In this document: positions 1 through 11,000 of the stretch, piece by piece | Numbering within the stretch: the first letter of the stretch is position 1 | How the letters are laid out: each line of letters opens with the position of its first letter | Assembly: GCA_049472335.1 (NCBI GenBank) | Contig: JBLIRO010000052.1 | Span: forward strand, 1-34,536 | Source: a bacterium | GTDB taxonomy: Bacteria > SZUA-182 > DTGQ01 > JAFGSM01 | DNA length: 34,536 bases | Reading direction: 5' to 3' | The notes under the pieces: model-generated | What the model saw: the letters and a program-made list of their open reading frames with translations, nothing else | What the model was told of the DNA's origin: nothing | Databases searched by the model: none | Made by a program: the position numbers and the translations under genes

Positions 1-167
1 TTTCATTTCAATATGAATTTTCTTAGCAATGAAACTCAAATTTTTCAGTATATAATATATTTCATTTCAATATGAATTTTCTTAGCAATGAAACTCAAAT
101 TTTTCAGTATATAATATATTTCATTTCAATATGAATATTTTTGGCAATGAACCTCAGAGTAATCAGT
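1..167. repeat. 59-bp AT-rich tandem repeat (2 exact copies plus 1 diverged copy), possibly cut by the window edge
   Basis: tttcatttcaatatgaattttcttagcaatgaaactcaaatttttcagtatataatata at 1-59 and 60-118; diverged third copy from 119. No spacers between copies. Confidence 0.9.
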
Positions 168-647
168 TATAATAAAAATATCACTTTAACAACCTCACAC
201 CAATCATCATTAAAACCTAAAATAAACATATATTATATACTAAAAAATCAAAAAAAGATAATTTTTATGAAGTTTTAGAAAAAAGATAATCGTATTCAAA
301 CTTATTTTATTAATAATAATCCATAACTCATCCCTCTGATTGCTCTTGATTATTCTAAAAGTTATATAAAATACTTTGCTAAAAAATTTTTTTGATGTAA
401 AATATATTATAAATTCACCCGTACACTTCTAAGTTAAAGCTTTTGTGTTTTGATATCTGAATATTATATTCCTGAAATATAGAACATATTGAAATATAGT
501 AACAAACTGTCTTCTTGATTCTTTTTCAAATCCTTCTTTTGCTAAAATTGAAAAACGAATAAAAAGGAGGTGGTTATTATAAAAATATCCCCAATACTCA
601 CTTATCCCTAATATAAAAATATTTCTTTTATATCAAAAGGAAGCATC

Positions 648-1199
648 ATGAAAACAAAACCTTTAAAAACTTTATTGGTGATTTCCATCATAATTACAAT
701 ATTGGTTATGATTTCAATGAATATTGATGCTCAGATAATAGAGCCTATTGACTTTTCCACAGCATTTTATTATCCGGTCTGGTCCCTGGTAGGAACAGGT
801 GCACCTTGGTGGGCCACTTCTTTTACCGAACAAATTATTCATCCTTTGGGCTTTCAATGGCCCCGGCCAATTATTACACCCTATTCAGCAGGTCTTGCAG
901 GATATGGTATTACGGGATTTGCTGGTATTGGCTTGACCAATATAGAACCGACTTGCATTTTGGCTTATCAAGGATTTCCCGAAATGTGTAATGTCCCTCC
1001 CGGTTTCGGCCTGTCACTAGGCCTTGGTATGGGAGCTTTTGGCGGGCTTGGTGTCAATCATTTTGGATCCCCGGATGCCATAACAACAATGGGTATTCCA
1101 TGGAACTGGCAGCCTTTTTTTGGCCTGACATCAATCATGCCGGGACATTTTTATCTAGGTATGTTAAGCCCTTGGTGGGCTACACAACAGCCTTTTTAA
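648..1199 (+). CDS. Secreted Gly/Pro/Trp/Phe-rich hypothetical protein
   Basis: RBS aaagga upstream; basic N-terminus, hydrophobic stretch and IDA|Q signal-peptide-like site; low-complexity mature part with PWWAT twice. Confidence 0.8.
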   Translation: MKTKPLKTLLVISIIITILVMISMNIDAQIIEPIDFSTAFYYPVWSLVGTGAPWWATSFTEQIIHPLGFQWPRPIITPYSAGLAGYGITGFAGIGLTNIEPTCILAYQGFPEMCNVPPGFGLSLGLGMGAFGGLGVNHFGSPDAITTMGIPWNWQPFFGLTSIMPGHFYLGMLSPWWATQQPF

Positions 1200-1254
1200 T
1201 ACTTTTTAACTTGCATCCCGGAATTAGAAATATTTATTTAAGGAAAATGCATAG

Positions 1255-1284
1255 AAAAACCCTGAGGAACTTACCTCAGGGTTT
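1255..1284 (-). terminator. Intrinsic terminator between convergent genes
   Basis: Perfect 11-bp stem aaaccctgagg (1257-1267) / cctcagggttt (1274-1284) with a 6-nt loop; the aaaaa at 1255-1259 gives a U-tract on the minus strand. Confidence 0.8.
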
Positions 1285-1312
1285 GAAAAAGGCCTATTAA
1301 TATTCTAGAGAA

Positions 1313-2194
1313 TTAATAAGCAGGTGATTGAGTCAGATTACGTGTTCTTAAATAGGCTCCATCACAATAGCAGCCTCCGCCGGGTGCACACGTGTCACAA
1401 TAGCAACCTCCGCCGGGTGTACACGTGGGGAATTTGCCATCCGGACAATTACCCCTTGTGTTGCCATCACAGATAAACATCGTACCGCCATCGCAACCAA
1501 ATAAACTACCGCTACAGGTTAAAATTGTGCCTCCGCCACAACCGAACAAGCTGCTGCCGCAGGTACTCATAGTGCCGCCACCACAACCAAATAAGCTGCT
1601 ACTGCATGTTAATGTAGTCCCTCCGCCACAGCCAAATAGGCTACTACTGCAGGTTATTGATGTGCCTCCTCCACAACCGAACAAGCTGCCGCCGCAGGTA
1701 CTCATAGTGCCGCCACCGCAGCCAAATAAGCTGCTACTGCAGGTTAATGTTGTCCCTCCGCCGCAACTGCCAAACAGGCCGCCGCTACAGGTTGAAATAG
1801 TCGAAATCCCGGTACCTGTACAAATGCCAATTGTAGAGCCTTGACCACCTCTTGTCCCGCATTGAGAAAAAGTGGGACCGCATTGCCATTCACATGTTGA
1901 CATGGTTTGAGAACATCCTCTACAGGTCATAATAGTTCTCATACCCCCTGAGCTGTCTCTGATTATGTCACCAGGAAAAGAAGCTCCGGAAAAAATGACA
2001 TCACCAACAAACATAACATCACCTGGAAAGGTATATGCATTAGGAGTATGTTCGATTCCCCTAACCTCTTGTGCATTTACATCTGGAATTCCATTGGACT
2101 GGTTTTGCAGGCCAAGAGCCACAATTATAAAAGCCCCTGCTAAAAATATGGCCACATAAAGTACCCAAAAACCTTTTTTCCTGAAACGTTTCAT
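1313..2194 (-). CDS. Exported or membrane-anchored Cys/Gly/Thr/Ser-rich repeat protein
   Basis: ORF 1313..2203; ATG at 2194 follows the RBS AGGGGGTG, so it is preferred over GTG 2203. N-terminal KRFRKK plus hydrophobic helix; 7 TCxxxLFGCGGGTxx repeats and 2 TCxPGGGCYCD repeats; 28 Cys by hand count. Confidence 0.85.
   Translation of the reverse strand: MKRFRKKGFWVLYVAIFLAGAFIIVALGLQNQSNGIPDVNAQEVRGIEHTPNAYTFPGDVMFVGDVIFSGASFPGDIIRDSSGGMRTIMTCRGCSQTMSTCEWQCGPTFSQCGTRGGQGSTIGICTGTGISTISTCSGGLFGSCGGGTTLTCSSSLFGCGGGTMSTCGGSLFGCGGGTSITCSSSLFGCGGGTTLTCSSSLFGCGGGTMSTCGSSLFGCGGGTILTCSGSLFGCDGGTMFICDGNTRGNCPDGKFPTCTPGGGCYCDTCAPGGGCYCDGAYLRTRNLTQSPAY
1475..1792 (-). repeat. Intragenic 45-bp tandem repeat, 7 units (first unit 48 bp)
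   Basis: Encodes TCSGGLFGSCGGGTTL followed by six 15-aa TCxxSLFGCxGGTxx units, with synonymous variation between units. Confidence 0.9.
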
Positions 2195-2343
2195 GTTTTT
2201 CACCCCCTTTCATAGATTTACTTGGTTATGTTAAATTACGTTCCATTTTGCCCTTTTTTATCTTAAGGGATGATAAATCAGTTGAGATTCGACTAGTAAA
2301 TTTTCAAGTAAATTCGGAGGTAAAAAGTTCAGGTGAAAAGATA

Positions 2344-2373
2344 ATTTCTATTAACATGATTTCTATTAACATG
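2344..2373. repeat. 15-bp direct tandem repeat in the divergent intergenic region
   Basis: atttctattaacatg at 2344-2358 and 2359-2373. Confidence 0.75.
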
Positions 2374-2631
2374 AGTGAGAACGTGAACAAGATTTTTTAA
2401 ATATATTTAAATATAATAGACTTATATAGTATATATTAATACATCGTGGCTAATTAGTCAATTGCGCAGCAATTATGTGCAGTAATTATGCAGTAATTAA
2501 TTTATTAAAATTTAAAAAATTTTTACATATATTGACAGGAGTATGGATTATGGAATAAGCTTTTTTCTAATGCATCTTCCTGCAAGGCACATTATCTTAA
2601 GGTATATTTCAAATGAATAAGGGGGACCAAG

Positions 2632-2832
2632 ATGAAGACGATCAAAATAAAGGGTATGTCCTGCAAACACTGTGTGATGGCTGTAACAAAGGCATTGAAT
2701 GGAATCGAAGGGATAAAAGACGTTAAGGTGGACCTGGAAAAAGGAGAGGCCACTTTTGACGAGACAAAATCCGTGGATATGGCGATCATCTCTGATGCGA
2801 TAGAAAGGGCAGGATACGAGGTTGGCGAGTAA
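2632..2832 (+). CDS. copZ: Copper chaperone (single HMA domain)
   Basis: 66 aa with GMSCKHC motif; RBS aaggggga; overlaps the start of the P1B ATPase. Confidence 0.95.
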   Translation: MKTIKIKGMSCKHCVMAVTKALNGIEGIKDVKVDLEKGEATFDETKSVDMAIISDAIERAGYEVGE

Positions 2833-5293
2833 GATCACCCTGAATATTCGAGGCATGACTTGTGCCGCTTGTGTCAGGCGGATCGAAAAAGGACTTCAGG
2901 ACCTTGAAGGGGTAAAAAGCGCGTCAGTCAATTTTGCCACTGAGAAAGCCATAGTAGAATATGATCCTGCCATCATAACTCCCGATTTAATGATTAAGAA
3001 GATTAAAGACACCGGTTATGAGGTAGTGAGCGTTGAAAAGTCAGGAGAGGGCCCCATAGAGAAGACAACGATCTCGGTGGGGGGCATGACCTGTGCGGCT
3101 TGCGTCCGGCGAGTGGAATCGGCCTTAAAATCTGTTGACGGGGTAATTGACGCTCCGGTCAACCTCGCTACTGCAAAGGCCACTATCATACATCCAAAGG
3201 ATTGGGCGGATATTGAGGGTGTGAAAAAGGCGATCTCCGACGCAGGTTATGAGTTCCTGGGCGTTTCCGGGCCAAGTCTTGATGACCCCATAGAGGCTGC
3301 CCGGAAAAGGGAGCTGAAGGAGTTAACAGTAAAATTTATCGTTGGCCTTGTCCTAAGCATAGTCATTTTTATGGGTTCAATGCAGGGATGGTTTCCCTTC
3401 CTCAGGCCTATTCCAAGACAGGTAATGCTCTGGTGCCTTTTTGTGCTAACCACTCCCGTTGTCTTCTGGGTGGGAAGCCGGTTCTTTTCCGGTGCAGTCA
3501 AGGCTGCCAGACAAAAGACATCGGACATGAATACATTGGTGGCTGTGGGGGCGCTTTCGGCATATCTTTATTCCACGTTGGCCACCTTCGTTCCCCGGTT
3601 TTTTTCCGGTGCGGGTATCGCGCCTCATGTCTATTTCGATGGTGCGGCCATGATTATCACCTTTATCATCCTGGGACGTCTGCTGGAGGCAAAGGCAAAA
3701 GGAAAGACCTCCATGGCCATAAAGCGGCTGATGGGCCTGAAACCCAAGACAGCAAGGGTTATAAGGGACGAAAAGGAGATGGATCTCCCTGTGGAGGCTA
3801 TAATAAAGGGGGACCTGATCCTGGTCAGACCCGGTGAAAAGATACCCACGGACGGGGTGATTGTATCAGGGATATCCGCGGTGGATGAATCCATGCTCAC
3901 AGGGGAGAGCATCCCTGTATCAAAGGATGTGGGAAGCGAGGTGTTCGGAGCGACCCTGAACAAAAGCGGAAGCTTTACCTTCAAGGCTACAAAGATTGGC
4001 GCGGAGACAGCCCTTGCCCAGATCATCCGCCTGGTGGAAGAGGCGCAAGGTTCAAAGGCCCCCATTCAACGCGTTGCGGATAAGGTTGCCTCCATATTCG
4101 TCCCGGTCGTTATGGGTATTGCTGTGCTGGCCTTTATCATCTGGTACTTTTTTGTTCCCGGGTCCGTCTTCAGCAGGGCCCTGCTCAATTTTGTGTCTGT
4201 TCTTATCATTGCGTGCCCCTGCGCCATGGGTCTGGCGACACCCACTGCCGTTATGGTTGGTACGGGGCTCGGGGCTGAAAACGGCATCCTGATCAAAGGC
4301 GGGGAGAGCTTGGAGAAGGCGTATAAGATGACCACGGTTGTCTTTGACAAGACTGGTACACTTACAAGAGGGGAGCCGGAGGTTACCGACATACTGACTG
4401 CGGAGAATATTCAACAAAAAAGGCTGATGGAAGTAGCTGTTTCCATTGAGGCCGTATCGGAGCACCCTCTGGCACAGGCCATTGTTCAAAAGGGCAGCCG
4501 GGAAGGGGCAACGCCCGTTCAGACATCCAATTTCGAGGCATTGTCAGGGCTTGGTGCAAGGGCAATCCTGAACGGCAAAAAATGCCTTCTGGGAAACCTG
4601 CGCCTCATGGAAAAAGAGGGTATAAAGATGAGCAGCCTTGACATAAAGGCCAAAGACTTTGCTGATCAGGGAAAAACCTGTGTGTTCGTGGCGGAAGAAA
4701 GTCATGCCATAGGTCTCGTGGCCCTGTCTGATACGCCGAAGAAATCCGCGGCGCAGGCTGTTGCCACACTGAAGACCATGGGATTGAAAGTGGCCATGAT
4801 CACGGGGGATCATAAAAAAACGGCGCATGGCATAGGTAAGCAGCTTGGAATCGAAAAAATTCTGGCGGAGGTGCTTCCCGGTGATAAGGCCGCGGAGATA
4901 AAAAGACTCCAGGCAGAGGGAGAGGTAGTGGCCATGGTGGGAGACGGAATTAACGATGCCCCGGCCCTTACATCGGCAGATATAGGAATAGCAATAGGCG
5001 CCGGCACGGATGTCGCCATGGAGGCCAGTGACATCACTCTTATGACGGATGACCTGAGGTCTGTCCCCTCGGCAATAAAGCTCTCTTTTGAGACCATGAA
5101 GGTGATCAAACAAAACCTTTTCTGGGCATTTTTCTATAACAGCCTGGGTATTCCCATAGCAGCAGGTATATTGTACCCTTTTTTCGGGATCCTCTTAAAT
5201 CCCATATTCGCAGCCGCGGCCATGGCTTTCAGCTCTGTCTCCGTAGTCACCAACTCCCTTCGTTTAAGGGGATCATGGACCAGGGTAGCTTAA
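2822..5293 (+). CDS. copA: Cu(I)-translocating P1B-type ATPase
   Basis: Two GMTCAAC HMA domains, [27 protein letters not shown] and MAFSS motifs. Confidence 0.97.
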   Translation: MASKITLNIRGMTCAACVRRIEKGLQDLEGVKSASVNFATEKAIVEYDPAIITPDLMIKKIKDTGYEVVSVEKSGEGPIEKTTISVGGMTCAACVRRVESALKSVDGVIDAPVNLATAKATIIHPKDWADIEGVKKAISDAGYEFLGVSGPSLDDPIEAARKRELKELTVKFIVGLVLSIVIFMGSMQGWFPFLRPIPRQVMLWCLFVLTTPVVFWVGSRFFSGAVKAARQKTSDMNTLVAVGALSAYLYSTLATFVPRFFSGAGIAPHVYFDGAAMIITFIILGRLLEAKAKGKTSMAIKRLMGLKPKTARVIRDEKEMDLPVEAIIKGDLILVRPGEKIPTDGVIVSGISAVDESMLTGESIPVSKDVGSEVFGATLNKSGSFTFKATKIGAETALAQIIRLVEEAQGSKAPIQRVADKVASIFVPVVMGIAVLAFIIWYFFVPGSVFSRALLNFVSVLIIACPCAMGLATPTAVMVGTGLGAENGILIKGGESLEKAYKMTTVVFDKTGTLTRGEPEVTDILTAENIQQKRLMEVAVSIEAVSEHPLAQAIVQKGSREGATPVQTSNFEALSGLGARAILNGKKCLLGNLRLMEKEGIKMSSLDIKAKDFADQGKTCVFVAEESHAIGLVALSDTPKKSAAQAVATLKTMGLKVAMITGDHKKTAHGIGKQLGIEKILAEVLPGDKAAEIKRLQAEGEVVAMVGDGINDAPALTSADIGIAIGAGTDVAMEASDITLMTDDLRSVPSAIKLSFETMKVIKQNLFWAFFYNSLGIPIAAGILYPFFGILLNPIFAAAAMAFSSVSVVTNSLRLRGSWTRVA

Positions 5294-5354
5294 ATCCTGC
5301 TCTTATTTATATTTTATTTGTATCTTGAAGATTTTTTTGTAAAATAATACCACT

Positions 5355-6128
5355 ATGGAAACATTGGATAAAAGGTTGAACCTGGCTGTGGATTTACTTA
5401 AAGCCGCAAAGAGGGTTATAGCGTTCACCGGCGCGGGCATATCGACAGAATCAGGAATATCGGATTTTCGAAGCCCGGGAGGGATCTGGGACCGTTACAG
5501 GATGATCACCTATCAGGAATTTGTAGCAAGTCATGATGCTAGGGTGGAGTACTGGAAGATGAAAAGTGAATTGATACGTGAGATGAAGGGTGCGAGGCCT
5601 AATAATGCCCACATGGCCCTGGCAGAGCTTGAAAAAATGGGAAGGCTGAGATGCCTTGTCACCCAGAATATTGATGGCCTCCACCAGGAGGCAGGCAACT
5701 CCCCTGAGAATGTCATAGAGCTGCATGGCACAAACAGAAAGGCAGTTTGCATTCAGTGCGAAAAGGTATGGCCCATTGAAGATATACAAAAGAGGCTTGA
5801 AACTGGAGACACGGATCCCCAATGTGATGAATGCAGTGGCTCTATTAAGCCTGCCACCATTTCCTTCGGGCAGGCCATGCCCGCAGAGGAAATGAAAAGG
5901 GCATTCGCTAGTGCCGAGGATTGCGACCTGTTCTTCATGATAGGATCATCCCTTCAGGTCGAGCCTGCGGCTTCCATCCCGCCTGTAGCATACAGGGCCG
6001 GCGCGGACCTGATTTTTATTAACCGTACTTATACGCATTGGGACAATATTGCCAGTATCCTGTTCAGGGAAAGCGCAGGAGAAGTTATGAAGGAGATTGT
6101 GGATCGATTCAAGGAATCCCTCTCATAG
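5355..6128 (+). CDS. cobB: NAD-dependent protein deacylase, Sir2/CobB family
   Basis: GAGISTESGISDFRSPGG, TQNIDGLHQ, ELHG, zinc-binding CIQC/CDEC and GSSLQVEPA motifs. Confidence 0.93.
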   Translation: METLDKRLNLAVDLLKAAKRVIAFTGAGISTESGISDFRSPGGIWDRYRMITYQEFVASHDARVEYWKMKSELIREMKGARPNNAHMALAELEKMGRLRCLVTQNIDGLHQEAGNSPENVIELHGTNRKAVCIQCEKVWPIEDIQKRLETGDTDPQCDECSGSIKPATISFGQAMPAEEMKRAFASAEDCDLFFMIGSSLQVEPAASIPPVAYRAGADLIFINRTYTHWDNIASILFRESAGEVMKEIVDRFKESLS

Positions 6129-6979
6129 TATAATGAATGAAGATTGCAGGATCTTCCTGTGTCCAGTTTGAAAACAATTCCAATATTTATGGAAGGATCA
6201 GATATTATAATTTAACCAGAAATAACTATATCATCAGATTGGTTAGCGTTTTCGGATGAAAGTGATTTTTTATTGCAATCTTTTTTTATGTAATTAACGT
6301 CGAAACATTTTACTATAGTGTTGAAATTTTTTACACTGATAAATTTATTGATTCTATTAACTTATATATTTTTTAGCAAAAAAACATGTCGGATTCTTTT
6401 ACATTTTTATACTAAAAAAATCTTTAAAAGCATCTTAAAAGATATTTCATTTTTTATTTTTATAGATAAATCAAAAGGTTATTAAATTTTTAACTCTTTG
6501 GCATATTTTATGTATATTTGTCTATATAATGCTATTATAGTTATATTTAAAAATAAATTATATAATTTGCTTTAAAATTATAAAATATCTATAATAAAAT
6601 GCCATTGATTTTTAATAAAAAGTTTTATTTTTGCTGGAAACCACCACCTAGCCTATCGGTTACCTTTTAATGGAAAAGACTCCTTACAATATCATTCTCT
6701 TACTGTCCTTTAAAATCCAAATCTGTTTTTCACGAACCTGACCTTTTTATTGATCTTTAACATATTTTTTTTCAGAATTAAGCCTTTTAAATTCTCTTCT
6801 GGACGCTGACTTCCAGTTCCTTCAGCTCCCAAGTTTGAACAAAATTTCATTATGAAAGATGTAAGCGTTTAAAGTGAGGTGATGAATATAGGGAAAATAA
6901 GCATATATTATGGCATTACTTTTTTGTTTCTTGAAATCAAATAAATAGTCATATTAAAAATTTTTAAGGGAGAGATTAA

Positions 6980-7198
6980 TTAAAACATTACTTTTACCTC
7001 TTACACACTGATCCTGATAGTAGTGACTATTCGATCTATTACTCCAGCACCCTAACCATAGAAGGAGGCCCTGTTACTGTCCCGGAGCCAAGTACTATGA
7101 TATTGCTCGGCAGTCTTATTTTAAGGCTTATCGGGATTAATAATAAGGAGAATTATAAAATTAAGCCTGCGGCCTTCTACGAAGCAAATGATATTTAG
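6980..7198 (+). pseudogene. 3' remnant of a PEP-CTERM sorting-domain protein gene (not in ORF track)
   Basis: Frame reads ...TLTIEGGPVTVPEPSTMILLGSLILRLIGINNKENYK...*; VPEP begins at 7079; in-frame stop at 6977-6979 and no start codon ahead of the motif. Confidence 0.75.
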
Positions 7199-7283
7199 CG
7201 ATGCAAGATAAAAATAGTATGGCACAACAGGAGATCTTAAAAAAAGTAATTTCATAGCAAAAAAATAATTATTATTCATCAAG

Positions 7284-8001
7284 ATGAAGATTGAGCAAAG
7301 AATAACTGTAAAATTCAGCTATGACATCCATTTTACCCGCGATTTGTTTGCTCGGGAAAATACAGTTTTAAACGATCTTATGTGATCATTATCGGAGGAG
7401 GTGCGGTTTTAGATGCGGTTGGCTTTATTGCCTCTATCACCCATAGGAGGATTCGTCATATACGCGTGCCAACAACCGTTTTATCTCAAAATGATTCAGG
7501 GGTTGGCGTAAAAAACGGTGTCAATCTTTACGAGGCAAAGAATTATTTTGGCACCTTTACCCCTCCCTTTGGTCTCATCAATGATCTTAATTTTTTAAAA
7601 ACATTAAAATTGTGCGACTGGCTTGCGGGTATTTCAGAGGCTTACAAGGTTGCCATTATCAAGGACCGGCAGCTTCTGTTTAAGTTAGTGCAAGATGCAA
7701 GGAGATTATATAACCGTGATGAAAAGGCAATGGAGATGTTACTCAGGCGCTGTGCACAAATACATGCAAAACATATAACTACATGCGGCGATCCCTTTGA
7801 ATTCGGAACTGTTGTATCTATAATGGCCTGGAGGAGTTTCGCCAGCATCTTGGCGGTGAACTTACCTTAATCATGCCGGATCATTTGGGGCAGAGCTGTC
7901 AGATAAATAGTATATCCTATGAAGAAATAAAACGGGCTCTCCTGGAAACAAAGAATTCTAATAGCACCAAGTGGAATTATCAACCTTTGTGGCCTTTGTA
8001 A
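7284..8001 (+). pseudogene. 3-dehydroquinate synthase-like (EboD-type) pseudogene with two internal deletions/frameshifts
   Basis: Three pieces: MKIEQRITVKFSYDIHFTRDLF (from 7284, stop 7383-7385); IIIGGGAVLDAVG...PTTVLSQNDSGVGVKN...GDPFEFG (7382-7807); NGLEEFRQHLGGELTL... in another frame ending at 8001. The expected GGE..K and GH..AH segments are absent. Confidence 0.8.
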
Positions 8002-8076
8002 AGGTCCTTGATAACATATTATTTCAAATAATATTTAAAAAATTAAATTCCTCAAAAAAAATAAGGAGGGGGAAGA

Positions 8077-11000
8077 ATGGAAAAGGGAGTTATAAGTCAT
8101 TTAAAAGGAAGTCATTTCTGTAAATCTATCGTTTTTCTGATCTGTTATATCTTTTTGGTGCAATCCTGTATTTGGATGATGCCTCCTCCTTCCATAAGGC
8201 ATTATCCCGCAGATCCTATATCTCCCGTTGAAAAAAGACAGGGAATACTCCCAGACGTTGCCGATGCATTCCGCCGCGCCATTGATCTTTTTCTTCCTGA
8301 TAAAGCGTATGCAGATCTACCAATAGCTGATGCGGGAGGGCCTTACATAATAAATGAGGAAGCAGCCCAGGGCGGCTTGTGGACCGTTAGATTTGATGGG
8401 AGTAATTCCTCATCAACAGAGGGAATTGTAAGGTACGAATGGGACTTTGGTGATGGAGATACCCTGAGCACAGTTGGGGGGAAAGAGACAGTTAATTTCT
8501 TTGCATCCGGTATGCACCTTTATGGTTATGATGTAGCGGATGCCGATCTGCGGATTATTGCCAGCCAGGATAACACCATGGTAAGGATCATCAACCTTCA
8601 GAGTGCTCAGGAGATAAACTCCACTATCCTCAATAAATACGAGCAGTGGGAGAATGTAGGGCCTGGAGATGGTATCTATTTTAAGATAGAGGCTGATAAG
8701 CCTGTGATAGCCTATGAGACCGATATGTCTTGGGCCCATTCGGCCTTTGTCCCTTCTCTGGAGGGAGGTCCTGTTGGCCGTGAATTTATATTCTTCTACT
8801 TCGCCGGTGAAGGATTCTATGTCTTTGCTATAGAAGATACAATGCTTAGGATGTACCAAACAGATGGGACTTTGATTTCAGAACAAAGTATAGCAGCAGG
8901 TTCTTATTGGAATCCAGGTCTGAGCAATGGGATATACCATTTTATTTCCTCAGGGAAGATTTCCATGCAGACCGTAGGAGGTAACGCATACACCACAGTT
9001 CCCTCTATTAGTGGAAGTGGTGTAGGAAGGAAATTTTATTGTGCGACGAGTGGTTGGCTTACAGGTGCCCTGGCTATCTTTGCTTATGAGGATGCTCAGG
9101 TTAGGGTCTATGATCTTAATTCAGGGAATCTTCTATGGACAGAGGATATATCAAAAGGTAGCTATTCTTGGAAGACAGGGGTTGGTACAAGGAGGCTGAG
9201 GATTGAAAGTACAGGCGATATCGAGGTCTGGGCAGGTGATACAGAGCAAGGTCAAGTCATTAGTTCTCTTGGTGACGATATTTCCTTTGCCGTTGGTAGA
9301 GATGCAAAGGAGTTTTATGTTCATGGATTAATGGATGGTTTAGTCATCTTTGCCCCCTTTGACAATACCATTCTCTCTTTAGATGGACAGGTCAAAACCC
9401 TAAGCGCCGATGGTTACCTTCATGTTGCAGGTGGAGCCTTTCATCATATTACCTCTAATAATCCAATTCTTATTCAAACCTTAGGCAGGGCAAATTCATA
9501 TAATGACCTTGGCACTTATCTTGGTGGTGTAAGTGAGATCGTTCACCAATATATTGCCCCGGGTAGTTATACCATAACCCTGACCGTCTATGACAGTGCA
9601 GGACAATCAGCAACTGACACTACCTCTGTCCAATCGACGGTAGGGGCTCCTCCAATAGCCGATCCTGGTGGTCCTTATATCTTCGATGAGGCCTTTGTTA
9701 CTGAAGGCAAGTGGACTGTGGTTGTAAATGGTATTGGATCTACAGATGATTATGGGATATGTACTTATCAATGGGATTTTGGAGACGGGGGATCAGGCAC
9801 AGGGATTTCACCAACCCACCAATACAGTGCAACCGGGACCTACACCCTCACCCTCATGGTAACCGACTATGCTGGGCAAACCCATACTTCAACAACAACG
9901 GTGACTATCCTTGATAATGACGACCCGGTACCTTCCATTACCGCTCCTGAAACAGTAGGGGAAGAAAATGCCAGCCTTGGTTGCTGGAGTGTCGATTTTG
10001 ATGCCAGCGGATCTACCGACGATTTCGGTATCTTGCGCTATGAGTGGGATTTTGGGGATGGCAGCACCGGCACAGGTCAAAGCATTACCCATTCCTACTG
10101 TACCGCAGGGACTTATACAGTTACCTTGACCGTTTATGATCATGCAGGACAATCGGGTTCAGCCACTACTACAATCCAGGTGCAGCCCGGAGGTCTTCCG
10201 GTTGCCGATGCAGGAGGGCCTTATGGCCCCATAGAAAGCGGACAACTGGTTACATTCGATGGCACCGGCTCCACGGATGACTTTGGAATCACAGAATATT
10301 TTTGGGATTTTGGAGAATTTATCCATACATTTAACGGTACACAAATAAATTATGCCCAATGGGCTGCTCCTCCTCAGGTCATCCAGGACAATGAGATCAT
10401 TCTGACTGGAGCCGATAGCTGGGGAACCCGCTATTTCTTTAGCAGGCATCCATGCCATAGGGATTCTGTTTTAGAGGCGGTTATAAAAACACCGACCACA
10501 AGCCCCCAACTATTCATGATTGGATTTAAGAGTGATAATCCAATTTATCATTATAATCAAATGCCTTATGCCGTCTATTTTTTTGGTGGATATATTTTTA
10601 TATGGGAAGATGATAGAAATCGCTGGCAAAGGTCGGGTTATACCTATGGGCAGGAATATGAAGTGCGCATAGAGCTAAAGAAGGATACGGGCGCCCTTTA
10701 TTATTTTCGGAAAAGAGGAGCACCTGATTGGAATTTAATCTATGACAGCAATTACGGTAATTTAAAATCATTAAGGATTGGAGCGGATGCCCACTCAGGG
10801 AGCTTTGCTATAGATGATATCAAACTCATCAATCATGCCTATGGCCCTACCCCTACTGTTCCCATCTTTCAGGATCAGACAGTGACCCTGACTGTCACTG
10901 ATAGTGCCGGCCAAACAGACAGCGATATTCCGGATGTTGATGTTGTCATCGGTGCTCCCCCACAAGCAGAGATTGTGGCTCCGGATCATCTGGATTTGGG

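Noticed and set aside
1..167. CRISPR array
   Set aside because: Repeats are contiguous with no unique spacers, and no cas genes are present.
563..611. Small gene after a strong SD (aggaggtg)
   Set aside because: Followed by ATA and an early stop; at most a decayed gene start.
1425..1844. Pro-rich 139-aa ORF (VPPPQPNKLL repeats)
   Set aside because: Antisense shadow of the Cys-rich gene, which has the RBS, hydrophobic leader and terminator.
3247..5938. Short ORFs overlapping copA and cobB
   Set aside because: Alternate-frame or antisense shadows of well-conserved genes, with no motifs.
5355..6128. Sir2 anti-phage effector (Thoeris/DSR type)
   Set aside because: It has the zinc-binding CxxC pairs and full motif set of housekeeping CobB-type deacylases, with no partner gene.
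6498..6514. Sigma54 promoter for the PEP-CTERM remnant
   Set aside because: TTGGCAT is present but the -12 element is GT rather than GC, and it lies far upstream in AT-rich DNA.
6630..6850. Riboswitch, ncRNA or small minus-strand ORF
   Set aside because: Only a short ctgga/tccag stem; no recognisable aptamer or protein motif.
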